Shown here piece by piece: positions 55,971-64,000 of a stretch of 64,000 nt of DNA. The position numbers and the translations under genes were made by a program. The DNA comes from an uncultured bacterium (GTDB lineage Bacteria > CAYUVA01): assembly GCA_964448115.1 (NCBI GenBank), contig CAYUVA010000015.1, positions 3,953 to 67,952 on the forward strand. Direction: 5' to 3'. The first letter of the stretch is position 1. Each line of letters begins with the position of its first letter. The notes below the pieces were generated by a model. The model was given only the letters and a program-made list of their open reading frames with translations. It was not told the origin of the DNA and did not search any database.

Positions 55971-57503
55971 ATGGATAAAAGCAGCGCTGTTAAATCAACT
56001 TCATTATCTCTCTATTTTGCGCTTGCTTTTGCCATTCTTCTTGGTGCCATTTTAAGAGCTTTAGTTATATATAGTATTTCTTATTTATACGGGCCCGGAG
56101 ACCCATTTTGCTATTTCGAGGTGGCTCAAAATATATACAAAGGTAAGGGCTTCACCCTCGATTATATATACCATCTGCTTCATCTCCCCGCATCGATAAG
56201 CCATTCTATGGATTACTACGAGCCTGTCTTCCCGCTTACACTAGCGGCGACATTTTTTGTCATCGGATGTTCGGTTATATCAGCTAAAATTGTATCGCTG
56301 ATCGCCGGTATCTGCAATCTTGCATTGGTATTTCTACTCACAAGAAAGCTGTTTGATGATGGTGCCGGCTTGATAGCTACTTTTTTGCTCGTTTTGCATC
56401 CGGTGGCTATATACCATAGCGGACTGGTGATGAAGGAATCCCTGCTGGTAGGTTTGTATCTTGTCTTCATGATTATACTTACCGAAGCGGTTCATAAAAG
56501 TTCATCCAAATTGTTATTCGCACTGGGATCTATTGCTGGGATTATCTCAGCTTACCAGTACGAATCGATACCGGTTATGATTGTGCCACTGTTGGTCATA
56601 TTTTTTAGATCCAAAGGTGCAAAACGACTAATCCTAACCATAGGATGGATACTCCCTTTAATAGCTGTTATTGCTTTTAATTTAACACATTCTGGAACTT
56701 TACTTGGTTATAAGTATCTATATTTCTTCGGTCATGAGTCCTTTATTCTGTATTTGCCGGAGGTCGGCAAGAATTTTTCTTTATCTGCGGTTATTGGACG
56801 ATTGATCCTATTGCCTATAGATTATGGCTTGATAAGCACCATCAAGGGCTTGTTTTTAGTCGGTAGTACGCTTGCGATAATAGCTATTATTAAATATAGG
56901 AGACTTACTTACACCGGTTGGCTGCTATTGATTCTCCTCCCTTATTTTTATTTTCATTTAGTTGCCAGAAACCTTTATTTCAGGGATTACATGGTTCCTT
57001 ACACGCTGGTCTTGCCGCTGGTTGCCGGGCTGATTATCTCGCTCATCGATTATAGACGCATTCTCGGAGCGACGCTCCTTTTACTGGTGCTTTTTGAATA
57101 CCATGTGTTTTGTATAACCGGCGGATACTTCGAGAGTGAGTATAGATCGAGTTTCTTTAGCCTTCCATACAAGCCCATATATAATAACCTCCAATTTCCG
57201 TGGTTTAATTCGTGGCTTCAAGCTCTTGATAATGCGGGGATAAGGATCAGGGAATTGGTCGCCGAGGGGGAGCCGATAATGTCGGTCAATCCATGGGAGG
57301 TACACTACATCCTCGATCGCCCCACGGTAATGATGTCCAGAGATAGAGATTCAACTAAAATCGAGTACTTGAAGAAACGATACGCTATACGATATATTCT
57401 CGATAGCCGCCCAGGCGAGATCGCTCTTATCGACACTAAAGCCAGGGAAATACATCTATTCACCGAGCATGGTAAAAATTATAGGGTTGTTACTGTGCCT
57501 TGA
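55971..57503 (+). CDS. GT39/ArnT-PMT-like polytopic membrane glycosyltransferase-family protein
   Basis: About 510 aa with 11-13 hydrophobic helices. An early loop resembles the GT-C family (YGPGDPFCYFEVAQNIYKGKGF). Start set at the ATG at 55971. Confidence 0.65.
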   Translation: MDKSSAVKSTSLSLYFALAFAILLGAILRALVIYSISYLYGPGDPFCYFEVAQNIYKGKGFTLDYIYHLLHLPASISHSMDYYEPVFPLTLAATFFVIGCSVISAKIVSLIAGICNLALVFLLTRKLFDDGAGLIATFLLVLHPVAIYHSGLVMKESLLVGLYLVFMIILTEAVHKSSSKLLFALGSIAGIISAYQYESIPVMIVPLLVIFFRSKGAKRLILTIGWILPLIAVIAFNLTHSGTLLGYKYLYFFGHESFILYLPEVGKNFSLSAVIGRLILLPIDYGLISTIKGLFLVGSTLAIIAIIKYRRLTYTGWLLLILLPYFYFHLVARNLYFRDYMVPYTLVLPLVAGLIISLIDYRRILGATLLLLVLFEYHVFCITGGYFESEYRSSFFSLPYKPIYNNLQFPWFNSWLQALDNAGIRIRELVAEGEPIMSVNPWEVHYILDRPTVMMSRDRDSTKIEYLKKRYAIRYILDSRPGEIALIDTKAREIHLFTEHGKNYRVVTVP

Positions 57504-57572
57504 CCTTTGAGACATGGTTGCATAATTACTTTGTTTAGTGCTACATTTTCAATACAGGACAGGTAAATTTCA

Positions 57573-57926
57573 ATGCATAAGATAATCTACGCTGTCGGTT
57601 TTATCATGGTAGGTCTTGGATTTGCATGTTGGTTTCTGGCTGACATCGACAAGTATCCTCGGTTGGACAGGTATCACCTGCCTTTGTTGAAGTACGGCAC
57701 TATGGTAATCGGGGTTGCGATTGTGCTTAACATAATTTTTACGCTCCAGGATACCTGGTGGAAACTCAGTTCCAGGACATGTAAGCGCTGCGGTGCCCCG
57801 GCAAAAAAGGGATTCAGGTACTGCGAGGCTTGCCTAATGTACCTCGAGAAGCTAGGTACTATGAAAAAGCTACGCGAGGAGGAAAAGGAGTGGAAGCAAA
57901 GGAATGTTAGAAGACGAAGATCTTAG
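57573..57926 (+). CDS. small membrane protein with C-terminal zinc-ribbon motif
   Basis: 117 aa with two TM helices, then CKRCG...YCEAC and a K/R/E-rich tail. Confidence 0.5.
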   Translation: MHKIIYAVGFIMVGLGFACWFLADIDKYPRLDRYHLPLLKYGTMVIGVAIVLNIIFTLQDTWWKLSSRTCKRCGAPAKKGFRYCEACLMYLEKLGTMKKLREEEKEWKQRNVRRRRS

Positions 57927-59418
57927 GTCTGTTCAACAAGCCCGCGATCTGCTAAGACAGGCTGATCAGGCTCAGGTTAAGCTGCGCGAATTCACCCAAG
58001 GTGAGATAGACCGCATAGCAGAAGCCATGGCAGAAGCTGGCTACCTGGCAGCTCGCAAGCTTGCCCAGATGGCTTGCGCAGAGAGCGGATTCGGCATCCC
58101 AGAGGACAAGGAGATAAAGAACATCGTTGCAACAAGGATGCTTTATGATCATATAAAAGATTACAAAACGGTCGGTATATTGAATAACTATCCTGGGAAG
58201 GGGATCATCGAGATCGCAGAGCCAATGGGGGTGATTGTTGGGATAATCCCCAGCACAAATCCGACCTCTACTGCAATGTATAAGGCTATAATAGCCTTAA
58301 AATCCCGAAATAGTATTGTAATGTCTCCACATCCAGCCACGGTGAACTGTATAAATGTTTCCTGTAAGTTGATGCATGAGGCTGCGGTGGCTGCCGGAGC
58401 GCCGAGGGGTTGCATCGGTTGTCTTAACATCCCAACTATGGCAGGGACAAACGAGCTTATGCGACATAAACTCACCTCGCTTATCCTTGCCACCGGCGGC
58501 TCGGCTTTGGTAAAGGCAGCATATAGCTCCGGCAAGCCTGCCTATGGGGTCGGTCCCGGAAATGTCCCCGCTTATATTGACCGCAGCGCTGATATTGCCA
58601 AGGCGGTCAAGGATATCATCGCCGGCAAGACCTTTGACAATGGAACCGTTTGTGCTGCCGAACAGGCGATAGTCGCCGACCTCCCCATCAAGGACCAGGT
58701 GATCGCTGAGCTTAAGGCTCAGGGTGCGTATTTTTTAAACGAAAAGGAGATCGACCTGCTCGGAGCTCGCCTGGTAACCGCGGATGGTAGAATAGCTGGC
58801 GATATGGTTGGACAACCAGCCAGGCTCATTGCGCAACGCGCCGGGTTCGTAGTCCCTGGTGATACATCGGTGCTGGTAGCGCAGCTCGATGATGTAGGTG
58901 CATCGGTTCCGCTTTCCAGGGAGAAACTAAGCCCGGTGCTCGCTTTTTATGTCGCTGATGGTTGGGTGAAGGCTTGCCAGATCTGCATCAGGCTCCTGGA
59001 ATTCGGTGGCATGGGGCATACTATGGTTATCCACTGCCGGGATCCCGAAGTTATCCTGGAGTATGGCTTGAAGAAGCCTGCGTTCAGGATACTGGTCAAC
59101 ACACCCTCCACGCATGGAGCCATTGGCTATACAACCGGCTTGGATCCTGCATTGACCCTTGGCTGTGGCACCTGGGGAGGCTCCAGCACTGCAGATAACA
59201 TCAATCCGTTGCACTTGCTGAACATTAAAAGAGTCGCGGTCGGCATTAAGGATACTGATGGCAATCCGATCCCAGACTGGGATATTATTGGATTGAGCAG
59301 AAATAATAGCCATAAACCCGCTACTAGACGATCATACAAAGATGATGATGAAAACATGATCAGCGACGAGCAAATAAATCAGATCGTTGCACGCGGGATA
59401 AAAAATATAAGAAAGTAA
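57904..59418 (+). CDS. CoA-acylating aldehyde dehydrogenase (EutE/PduP-type) with C-terminal amphipathic-helix extension
   Basis: 504 aa. N-terminus (VQQARDLLRQADQAQ...) and core (IPSTNPTST, TGGSALVKAAYSSGKPAYGVGPGN, FDNGTVCAAEQ with the catalytic Cys) are typical of acetylating ALDHs. The extra tail is ...DDDENMISDEQINQIVARGIKNIRK. Confidence 0.85.
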   Translation: MLEDEDLRSVQQARDLLRQADQAQVKLREFTQGEIDRIAEAMAEAGYLAARKLAQMACAESGFGIPEDKEIKNIVATRMLYDHIKDYKTVGILNNYPGKGIIEIAEPMGVIVGIIPSTNPTSTAMYKAIIALKSRNSIVMSPHPATVNCINVSCKLMHEAAVAAGAPRGCIGCLNIPTMAGTNELMRHKLTSLILATGGSALVKAAYSSGKPAYGVGPGNVPAYIDRSADIAKAVKDIIAGKTFDNGTVCAAEQAIVADLPIKDQVIAELKAQGAYFLNEKEIDLLGARLVTADGRIAGDMVGQPARLIAQRAGFVVPGDTSVLVAQLDDVGASVPLSREKLSPVLAFYVADGWVKACQICIRLLEFGGMGHTMVIHCRDPEVILEYGLKKPAFRILVNTPSTHGAIGYTTGLDPALTLGCGTWGGSSTADNINPLHLLNIKRVAVGIKDTDGNPIPDWDIIGLSRNNSHKPATRRSYKDDDENMISDEQINQIVARGIKNIRK

Positions 59419-59454
59419 CAATATTAAGCTTAGTTTTAAACAAGGAGTATTATC

Positions 59455-60705
59455 TTGAGTCATGAAGATTCACGAAACCAGATGAATGATATTGAGGAGC
59501 TGATTGCGCGAGGGGATATGTTTTTCCAGGCAAGGCATTATCATAATGCATATCTTGCCTTTCTCAAAGCATCGCAGGCTGATCCACAAAATGCTGAGGC
59601 TGCCTTAAAGTTGGGCTTCACTGAGCTACATAGAGGTAACAATCAAGATTGTATCAAACATCTGCAACTCGCTCGAAAACTCGATCCCGAATATGCTGAT
59701 TCCTGCATGAGTGAAGGTACCCGACTCTTCCTAAACGAAGAATTTGACCTGGCTATCGATAAATTAAACAGCTTTATTAGACAAAATCCCAATAACATAA
59801 ACTCGCTGCTGGTTCGTGCAGCCTGCTATCAAATGAAGGAGGATTGGGATAATTGTATCACCGATTACGACACATTGTTATCTATGATGCCTGGCAATGA
59901 TAATTTCATGTACCTTCGAGGGCTAACCTATGCACAAAAGGGGAACCTGAAACAAAGCACTGAGGACATTGCCAGCGCGATAAAAGGCAATCCAAGCAAT
60001 ATAGATGCTTATATTTTGCTTATACATCTGACTCAAAGGTACGATAATGCCAAGAATGCCGAGGCATTGGCAACCAAGGCTATCCAGGATAATCCTGATG
60101 CGGTCAGCCTTTATAAAACTCGCGGTGAATTAAGACAGCTCTTAAACAAGCATGAACAGGCGATAGAGGACTTCGATTACGCATTAGAGCTTGATGAAAA
60201 CGATTTGAGTATATGGGGACTCAAGGCTGATAGCCTGGTAAAACTCAGGCAATACGAGCAGGCTATAGCTGCCTGTAAAAAAGCACTCGAAGCTCATCCC
60301 GACTCAAAAAATATTCTAATATTACTAGCCAATATCTACGGAAGAAGTAAAAACTATGAGCAATCAATACGAGTATGTACGGATGCTTTAGAGAAATTTC
60401 CTGATGAGATAGATATCTATCGCACCAGGGCAACCAGCTATATAGGTTTGGGGAAACTGGAAGATGCGTTGTTAGATCTCCTACTAGCATTATCTCTAGA
60501 CCCAAAAGCATATATTATTTTCTTTGATTTCGCGTTATTGCTTGATCTTGCTGGAAATAAAAATGGGGCTTTGAGGGCTTTGCGCAACTTCATAGAAAGC
60601 ACCGAGAATGATCCAGCTTATGATCAAAAAAGGGAACAGGCAAAGGAATGGATACTGGACTTGAAAAAAGAGATAGAACAATCAAAACATAATCAAGACG
60701 ATTGA
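59455..60705 (+). CDS. TPR-repeat protein
   Basis: 416 aa of consecutive 34-aa TPR-like units. TTG start 7 nt after an AAGGAG RBS. Confidence 0.85.
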   Translation: MSHEDSRNQMNDIEELIARGDMFFQARHYHNAYLAFLKASQADPQNAEAALKLGFTELHRGNNQDCIKHLQLARKLDPEYADSCMSEGTRLFLNEEFDLAIDKLNSFIRQNPNNINSLLVRAACYQMKEDWDNCITDYDTLLSMMPGNDNFMYLRGLTYAQKGNLKQSTEDIASAIKGNPSNIDAYILLIHLTQRYDNAKNAEALATKAIQDNPDAVSLYKTRGELRQLLNKHEQAIEDFDYALELDENDLSIWGLKADSLVKLRQYEQAIAACKKALEAHPDSKNILILLANIYGRSKNYEQSIRVCTDALEKFPDEIDIYRTRATSYIGLGKLEDALLDLLLALSLDPKAYIIFFDFALLLDLAGNKNGALRALRNFIESTENDPAYDQKREQAKEWILDLKKEIEQSKHNQDD

Positions 60706-60708
60706 TCG

Positions 60709-61629
60709 ATGAATAAAGATGACCTGAACAAGCTGGTCAATGACATCCTGCACGAGGAGGAGAGACACTCCCCTACCCTGGAAATTGGATGCGAGGCTCG
60801 ATATGATCTTAAAAGTTCGCAGCCAATACCGGCGATGGTCTCCAATCGGCACATACACCTCAAGCAGGAAACTATAGAGCTTCTCTTCGGCAAGGGATAC
60901 AGGCTAGAGCGAATAAGATCCCTAGGACAGCCGGGGGAATTCGTATCGCAAGCTGAGGTAACCATCGCAACCATGCGAGATGCCATACCAAGTGTGCGTG
61001 TGCTCGGTCCGCCCCGCAGCTTCGACCAGGTTGAGTTATCGCGCACCGATGGGTATCGCCTGGGAATCAGTCCGCCTGTTCGTCTCAGTGGAAATATCAA
61101 GGGAAGTGAGAGCATAACCCTAATTGGTCCAAAAGGCTCTATCTACCTGAAAGAGGGTGCCATTGTTGCTGCCCGTCATATCCATCTGACACCTTACGAT
61201 GCAAAACAATTCCAGGTCAAGGATAAAGAACTAGTTTCAGTGCTCGTGCCTGGTGATAGACCCTTGATCTTCGATGATGTGATCGTGCGAGTTAATGAAT
61301 CGTTCGCACTAGAGTTCCATATCGACCAGGACGAGGCAAACGCTGCCCATCTAAATAACCACGACCAGGTATATATCGTCGAGCGTAAAGTCGTGTGCGA
61401 CAGGGATGAACAGCCCGCTAAGAAGAAAGCGGAAAAACCTAAGCCAACTGATAGGATCAAAGCCTCTACTGATGATGGGATGCGGGCAATGGGTTTCATC
61501 TCCGAGGCTGATGTGAGGAAAGCTATCAAGGATAAGGCAAAACTATATATAGATAAGACTACAATAATAACCGCCCTGGCTCGCGAGCTGGGAACTGAGA
61601 ATGATATATTCGTAATGCTCGATACATGA
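60709..61629 (+). CDS. pduL: phosphate propanoyl/acyltransferase PduL with N-terminal amphipathic helix and C-terminal extension
   Basis: Duplicated PduL core (VSNRHIHLKQETIELLFG...VRVLGP; AARHIHLTPYDAKQF...IVRVNE). N-terminus MNKDDLNKLVNDILHEE. K-rich linker and about 50 extra C-terminal residues. Confidence 0.9.
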   Translation: MNKDDLNKLVNDILHEEERHSPTLEIGCEARYDLKSSQPIPAMVSNRHIHLKQETIELLFGKGYRLERIRSLGQPGEFVSQAEVTIATMRDAIPSVRVLGPPRSFDQVELSRTDGYRLGISPPVRLSGNIKGSESITLIGPKGSIYLKEGAIVAARHIHLTPYDAKQFQVKDKELVSVLVPGDRPLIFDDVIVRVNESFALEFHIDQDEANAAHLNNHDQVYIVERKVVCDRDEQPAKKKAEKPKPTDRIKASTDDGMRAMGFISEADVRKAIKDKAKLYIDKTTIITALARELGTENDIFVMLDT

Positions 61630-62046
61630 GCAAGAGCAAAGACAGACTACTAGATGAAATCCGTAGCTTCGCATACAAGGGATGGATTGTTAGATCATCT
61701 TTGGAAAAATGGAGTACCAGCGATAACCTACACAAAGAAACCTTTACCCGCATTCCCACTGGTCGGATATGGCATGGATACTGAAATTGATTTCCCCAAT
61801 GCCTGGGAATTCTGTAATAATAATCCGATCCTTCCGGTGGACACCCGCTACGAGCTGGAACACATTGACCATATTAGCGAGATAATAATAGACTTCTTCT
61901 CTTAAAGAGCATTTTTCTCAATATCCCTATCAACCTTTTGGATCATAAAAATAACCCACCCTATAAATATAAATTGATTTAGATGCAATATATCACTGGA
62001 ATATCACTTAATATTATGCTATTAGCAGAAGACAAGGAGGATTAAA

Positions 62047-64000
62047 ATGCAAGGAAAACCGACTAGTTTCTGGTCAAAGTTAAAAAAGGATGAATCAGGC
62101 GAGATATTGGGATGGCATCCTTTGGTGGATCACCTGGCTGATGTAGGCGCCTGCTGTGAGGCGCTATTACAGTTGCCCTTGCTCAATCGCCGACTTGCAA
62201 GGTTGGGGGGAATTGATGCACTCGATGAGATCACCATTGCAAGGCTATCATTCCTGGCATCCCTTCACGATATAGGTAAATTCAACACTGGTTTCCAGGA
62301 TGGCGCACTCAGCAAAAAAGCACCACGCATCGGGCATGTCTGGGAGTTTTGGGGGATATTCTCTCCATTGGGAGATAAATCCCTGAAAAAAACACTTATC
62401 GAGCTGATCAAGCTAAGGGAGATGCTATCCTGGCTTAAAAAATCACCTGTAGTCAAGCCGGATCAGTTGCTCATGGAGATGATCGCATCGATAATCTGCC
62501 ATCATGGAAAACCTATTCCTCTCAATAGACATACTGAACCTCCACCAAGTAAAGACTTATGGGAAGCAAAATTCAATCTAGAACCAATTCGTGGTCTTGA
62601 GCAAGCGATCACCAAGGCACTGGAGTGGTTTCCGGGTATATTCGATGCAAGCCAACCATCCCTGCCCGCCAATCACCAGTTCTATCATGCCTTTAATGGC
62701 TTAGTTACATTGGCTGATTGGATCGCCTCTACTGAAACATTCTTCCCTTATAGCAATGAAAAAGATGGTGATCGAATCGATTTAGCAAGGCAATCTGCGA
62801 AGAATGCTCTGGATGCAATGGGGCTGACAACCGATAGAATCAGAGCTGGTATGGGTAACAAGAAACCTGGCTTCTCTGATATTAGCTCGTACAAGGCTCC
62901 ACGACCGCTGCAGGTTCTTATCCAAGGGCTACCATACGATGAATCTGGTGATCTTGTGCTCCTGGAATCGGAGACCGGGAGCGGCAAGACCGAGGCAGCG
63001 CTAATCCGGTTCATTCAGCTATTTCACGCCGGCAAGGTCGATGGCATATACTTTGCCCTGCCGACCCGCACCTCAGCAATGCAAATCTACAAACGGGTAT
63101 GCGCAGCAATAAACAGATGCTTCCCGGATTATAGTCGGCGACCGCCGGTGATACTCGCTGTGCCTGGATATCTTGGAGTCGATGGTCAGGAGCGTACTCG
63201 TCCGGCTGGTTTTGAGCATCTATGGGATGATGATGAGAACTACCTTGTCCAGGCCCGGGGATGGGCTGCAGAGCAACCAAAGCGATACTTCACCGGATCA
63301 GTGATCATAGGCACCATCGACCAGGCATTGTTTTCAACCCTGATGGTGAAACATTCACACTTAAGGGCGACTGCTCTTTTACGGCATCTTTTAGTTGTCG
63401 ATGAGGTTCACGCATCCGATGTGTATATGACCGAGATGCTATTAGAGTTGGTTAGACGGCAACTCGAATGCGGTGGATATGTGCTGCTGATGTCCGCAAC
63501 ACTAGGATCTGCCATGCGGGCCAGGTTTTTATACCCGCCTCATCAGAAGCCTGATTATGCAAAACACAAGGACGATAAGTATCCCTTGATAACTCTTATG
63601 ACTGGGAAAGATACTCGCTTTATTCCTATTAAGCATACTTTGAAAACTAAAATAGTTGATTGTAAGATAAAGTCTATTATCGATCAGCATGACCAGGTTG
63701 CACTCATGGCGCTTGATGCTGCCACAAAGGGAGCAAAGGTGCTTGTGCTGCGCAATACAGTAGATGATTGTATAAAAACCCAACAGGCACTGGAACAAGC
63801 TGCCTATATCCATAATAAAGCTGACCTGCTATACAAGTGCAAGGGGGTCATTACCTGCCATCATTCCCGTTTTGCTGAGCCTGACCGCCAGGATCTTGAT
63901 AAGGCGATAGAGAAAGCAGTTGGAAAAGATGCACCAAATAAGGGATGCGTTGTAGTGGCAACCCAGACCGTTCAGCAGAGCTTAGACCTCGACTCGGATA
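62047..64000 (+). CDS. cas3: CRISPR-associated helicase/nuclease Cas3 (N-terminal HD domain plus DEAD/DEAH-box helicase; 3' end beyond the window)
   Basis: Not in the ORF track because it is open at the right edge. I translated it manually from the ATG at 62047 (AAGGAGG RBS at 62034-62040): MQGKPTSFWSKLKK...WHPLVDHLADVG...LASLHDIGKFN...IICHHGKP (HD domain). Helicase motif I is LESETGSGKTEAAL, motif II VVDEVHASD, motif III SATLG, and VATQTVQQSLDLDSD follows. No stop in about 651 codons. Confidence 0.9.
   Translation, partial: MQGKPTSFWSKLKKDESGEILGWHPLVDHLADVGACCEALLQLPLLNRRLARLGGIDALDEITIARLSFLASLHDIGKFNTGFQDGALSKKAPRIGHVWEFWGIFSPLGDKSLKKTLIELIKLREMLSWLKKSPVVKPDQLLMEMIASIICHHGKPIPLNRHTEPPPSKDLWEAKFNLEPIRGLEQAITKALEWFPGIFDASQPSLPANHQFYHAFNGLVTLADWIASTETFFPYSNEKDGDRIDLARQSAKNALDAMGLTTDRIRAGMGNKKPGFSDISSYKAPRPLQVLIQGLPYDESGDLVLLESETGSGKTEAALIRFIQLFHAGKVDGIYFALPTRTSAMQIYKRVCAAINRCFPDYSRRPPVILAVPGYLGVDGQERTRPAGFEHLWDDDENYLVQARGWAAEQPKRYFTGSVIIGTIDQALFSTLMVKHSHLRATALLRHLLVVDEVHASDVYMTEMLLELVRRQLECGGYVLLMSATLGSAMRARFLYPPHQKPDYAKHKDDKYPLITLMTGKDTRFIPIKHTLKTKIVDCKIKSIIDQHDQVALMALDAATKGAKVLVLRNTVDDCIKTQQALEQAAYIHNKADLLYKCKGVITCHHSRFAEPDRQDLDKAIEKAVGKDAPNKGCVVVATQTVQQSLDLDSD

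Noticed and set aside
60693-61115. 140-aa minus-strand ORF
   Set aside because: It is antisense to the well-supported pduL gene.
61626-61905. Small ORFs after pduL: a 52-aa ORF starting at the ATG at 61626 that overlaps the pduL stop, and the 83-aa track ORF 61654..61905
   Set aside because: The two frames are mutually exclusive and neither has recognisable motifs. One of them may be real, since the ATGA overlap favours the 52-aa ORF, but I cannot support either call.
61906-62046. Possible CRISPR array or leader upstream of cas3
   Set aside because: No repeated units are present. The region contains only an RBS and AT-rich sequence.
1-64000. Scan for tRNA, rRNA, IS elements, integrases, reverse transcriptases and toxin-antitoxin pairs
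   Set aside because: I recognised none by eye. There are no T-loop or acceptor-stem-like segments in the intergenic regions and no DDE, tyrosine-recombinase or serine-recombinase motifs in any ORF. A tRNAscan or Infernal run would be needed to be certain.

Overview
64-kb window from an unidentified, probably uncultivated, bacterium. The backbone is roughly 45-55% GC by eye and densely coding (about 55 genes). I found no rRNA or tRNA genes, CRISPR array, transposase or integrase. Left third: cysS; an SOS mutagenesis set (a dnaE2-like Pol III alpha gene convergent with lexA-imuB); a radical SAM gene; a 1449-aa NHL/GT39/PA14-like/NHL envelope protein; pdxJ; cdaA-cdaR; lysC; comF. Middle: a type IV pilin, TadB/TadC and an FHA protein, then a low-GC type II restriction-modification island and ftcD, then a TPR-secretin-cohesin lipoprotein and an O-antigen-ligase-family gene carrying an in-frame palindromic repeat. 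The stand-out is 32211-41610 on the minus strand, a largely AT-rich, translationally coupled 7-gene operon. It encodes a small HD-less Cas10-like protein (GGDE), five RAMP domains in four proteins (one a Cas7-like/Cas5-like fusion), a CorA-topology membrane protein and a DHH-motif protein. These are the parts of a type III CRISPR effector with a CorA/NrN-style signalling arm. It has no adjacent array, cas6, cas1/2, Cas11-sized gene or CARF effector, and it is boxed in by housekeeping genes. Right third: engB, anmK, lepB, ackA, ndk, an orphan 2-oxoacid:ferredoxin oxidoreductase gamma subunit, manC-like genes, cysE, rsmA, uppP, ftsK, an 8-repeat secreted protein next to a second GT39 membrane protein, and microcompartment-type cargo enzymes (CoA-acylating aldehyde dehydrogenase and PduL, both with encapsulation-peptide-like termini) without shell genes. 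The window ends in the 5' part of a cas3 gene that is absent from the ORF track because it is open at the edge. All family calls come from motifs read by eye, and no database search was run.
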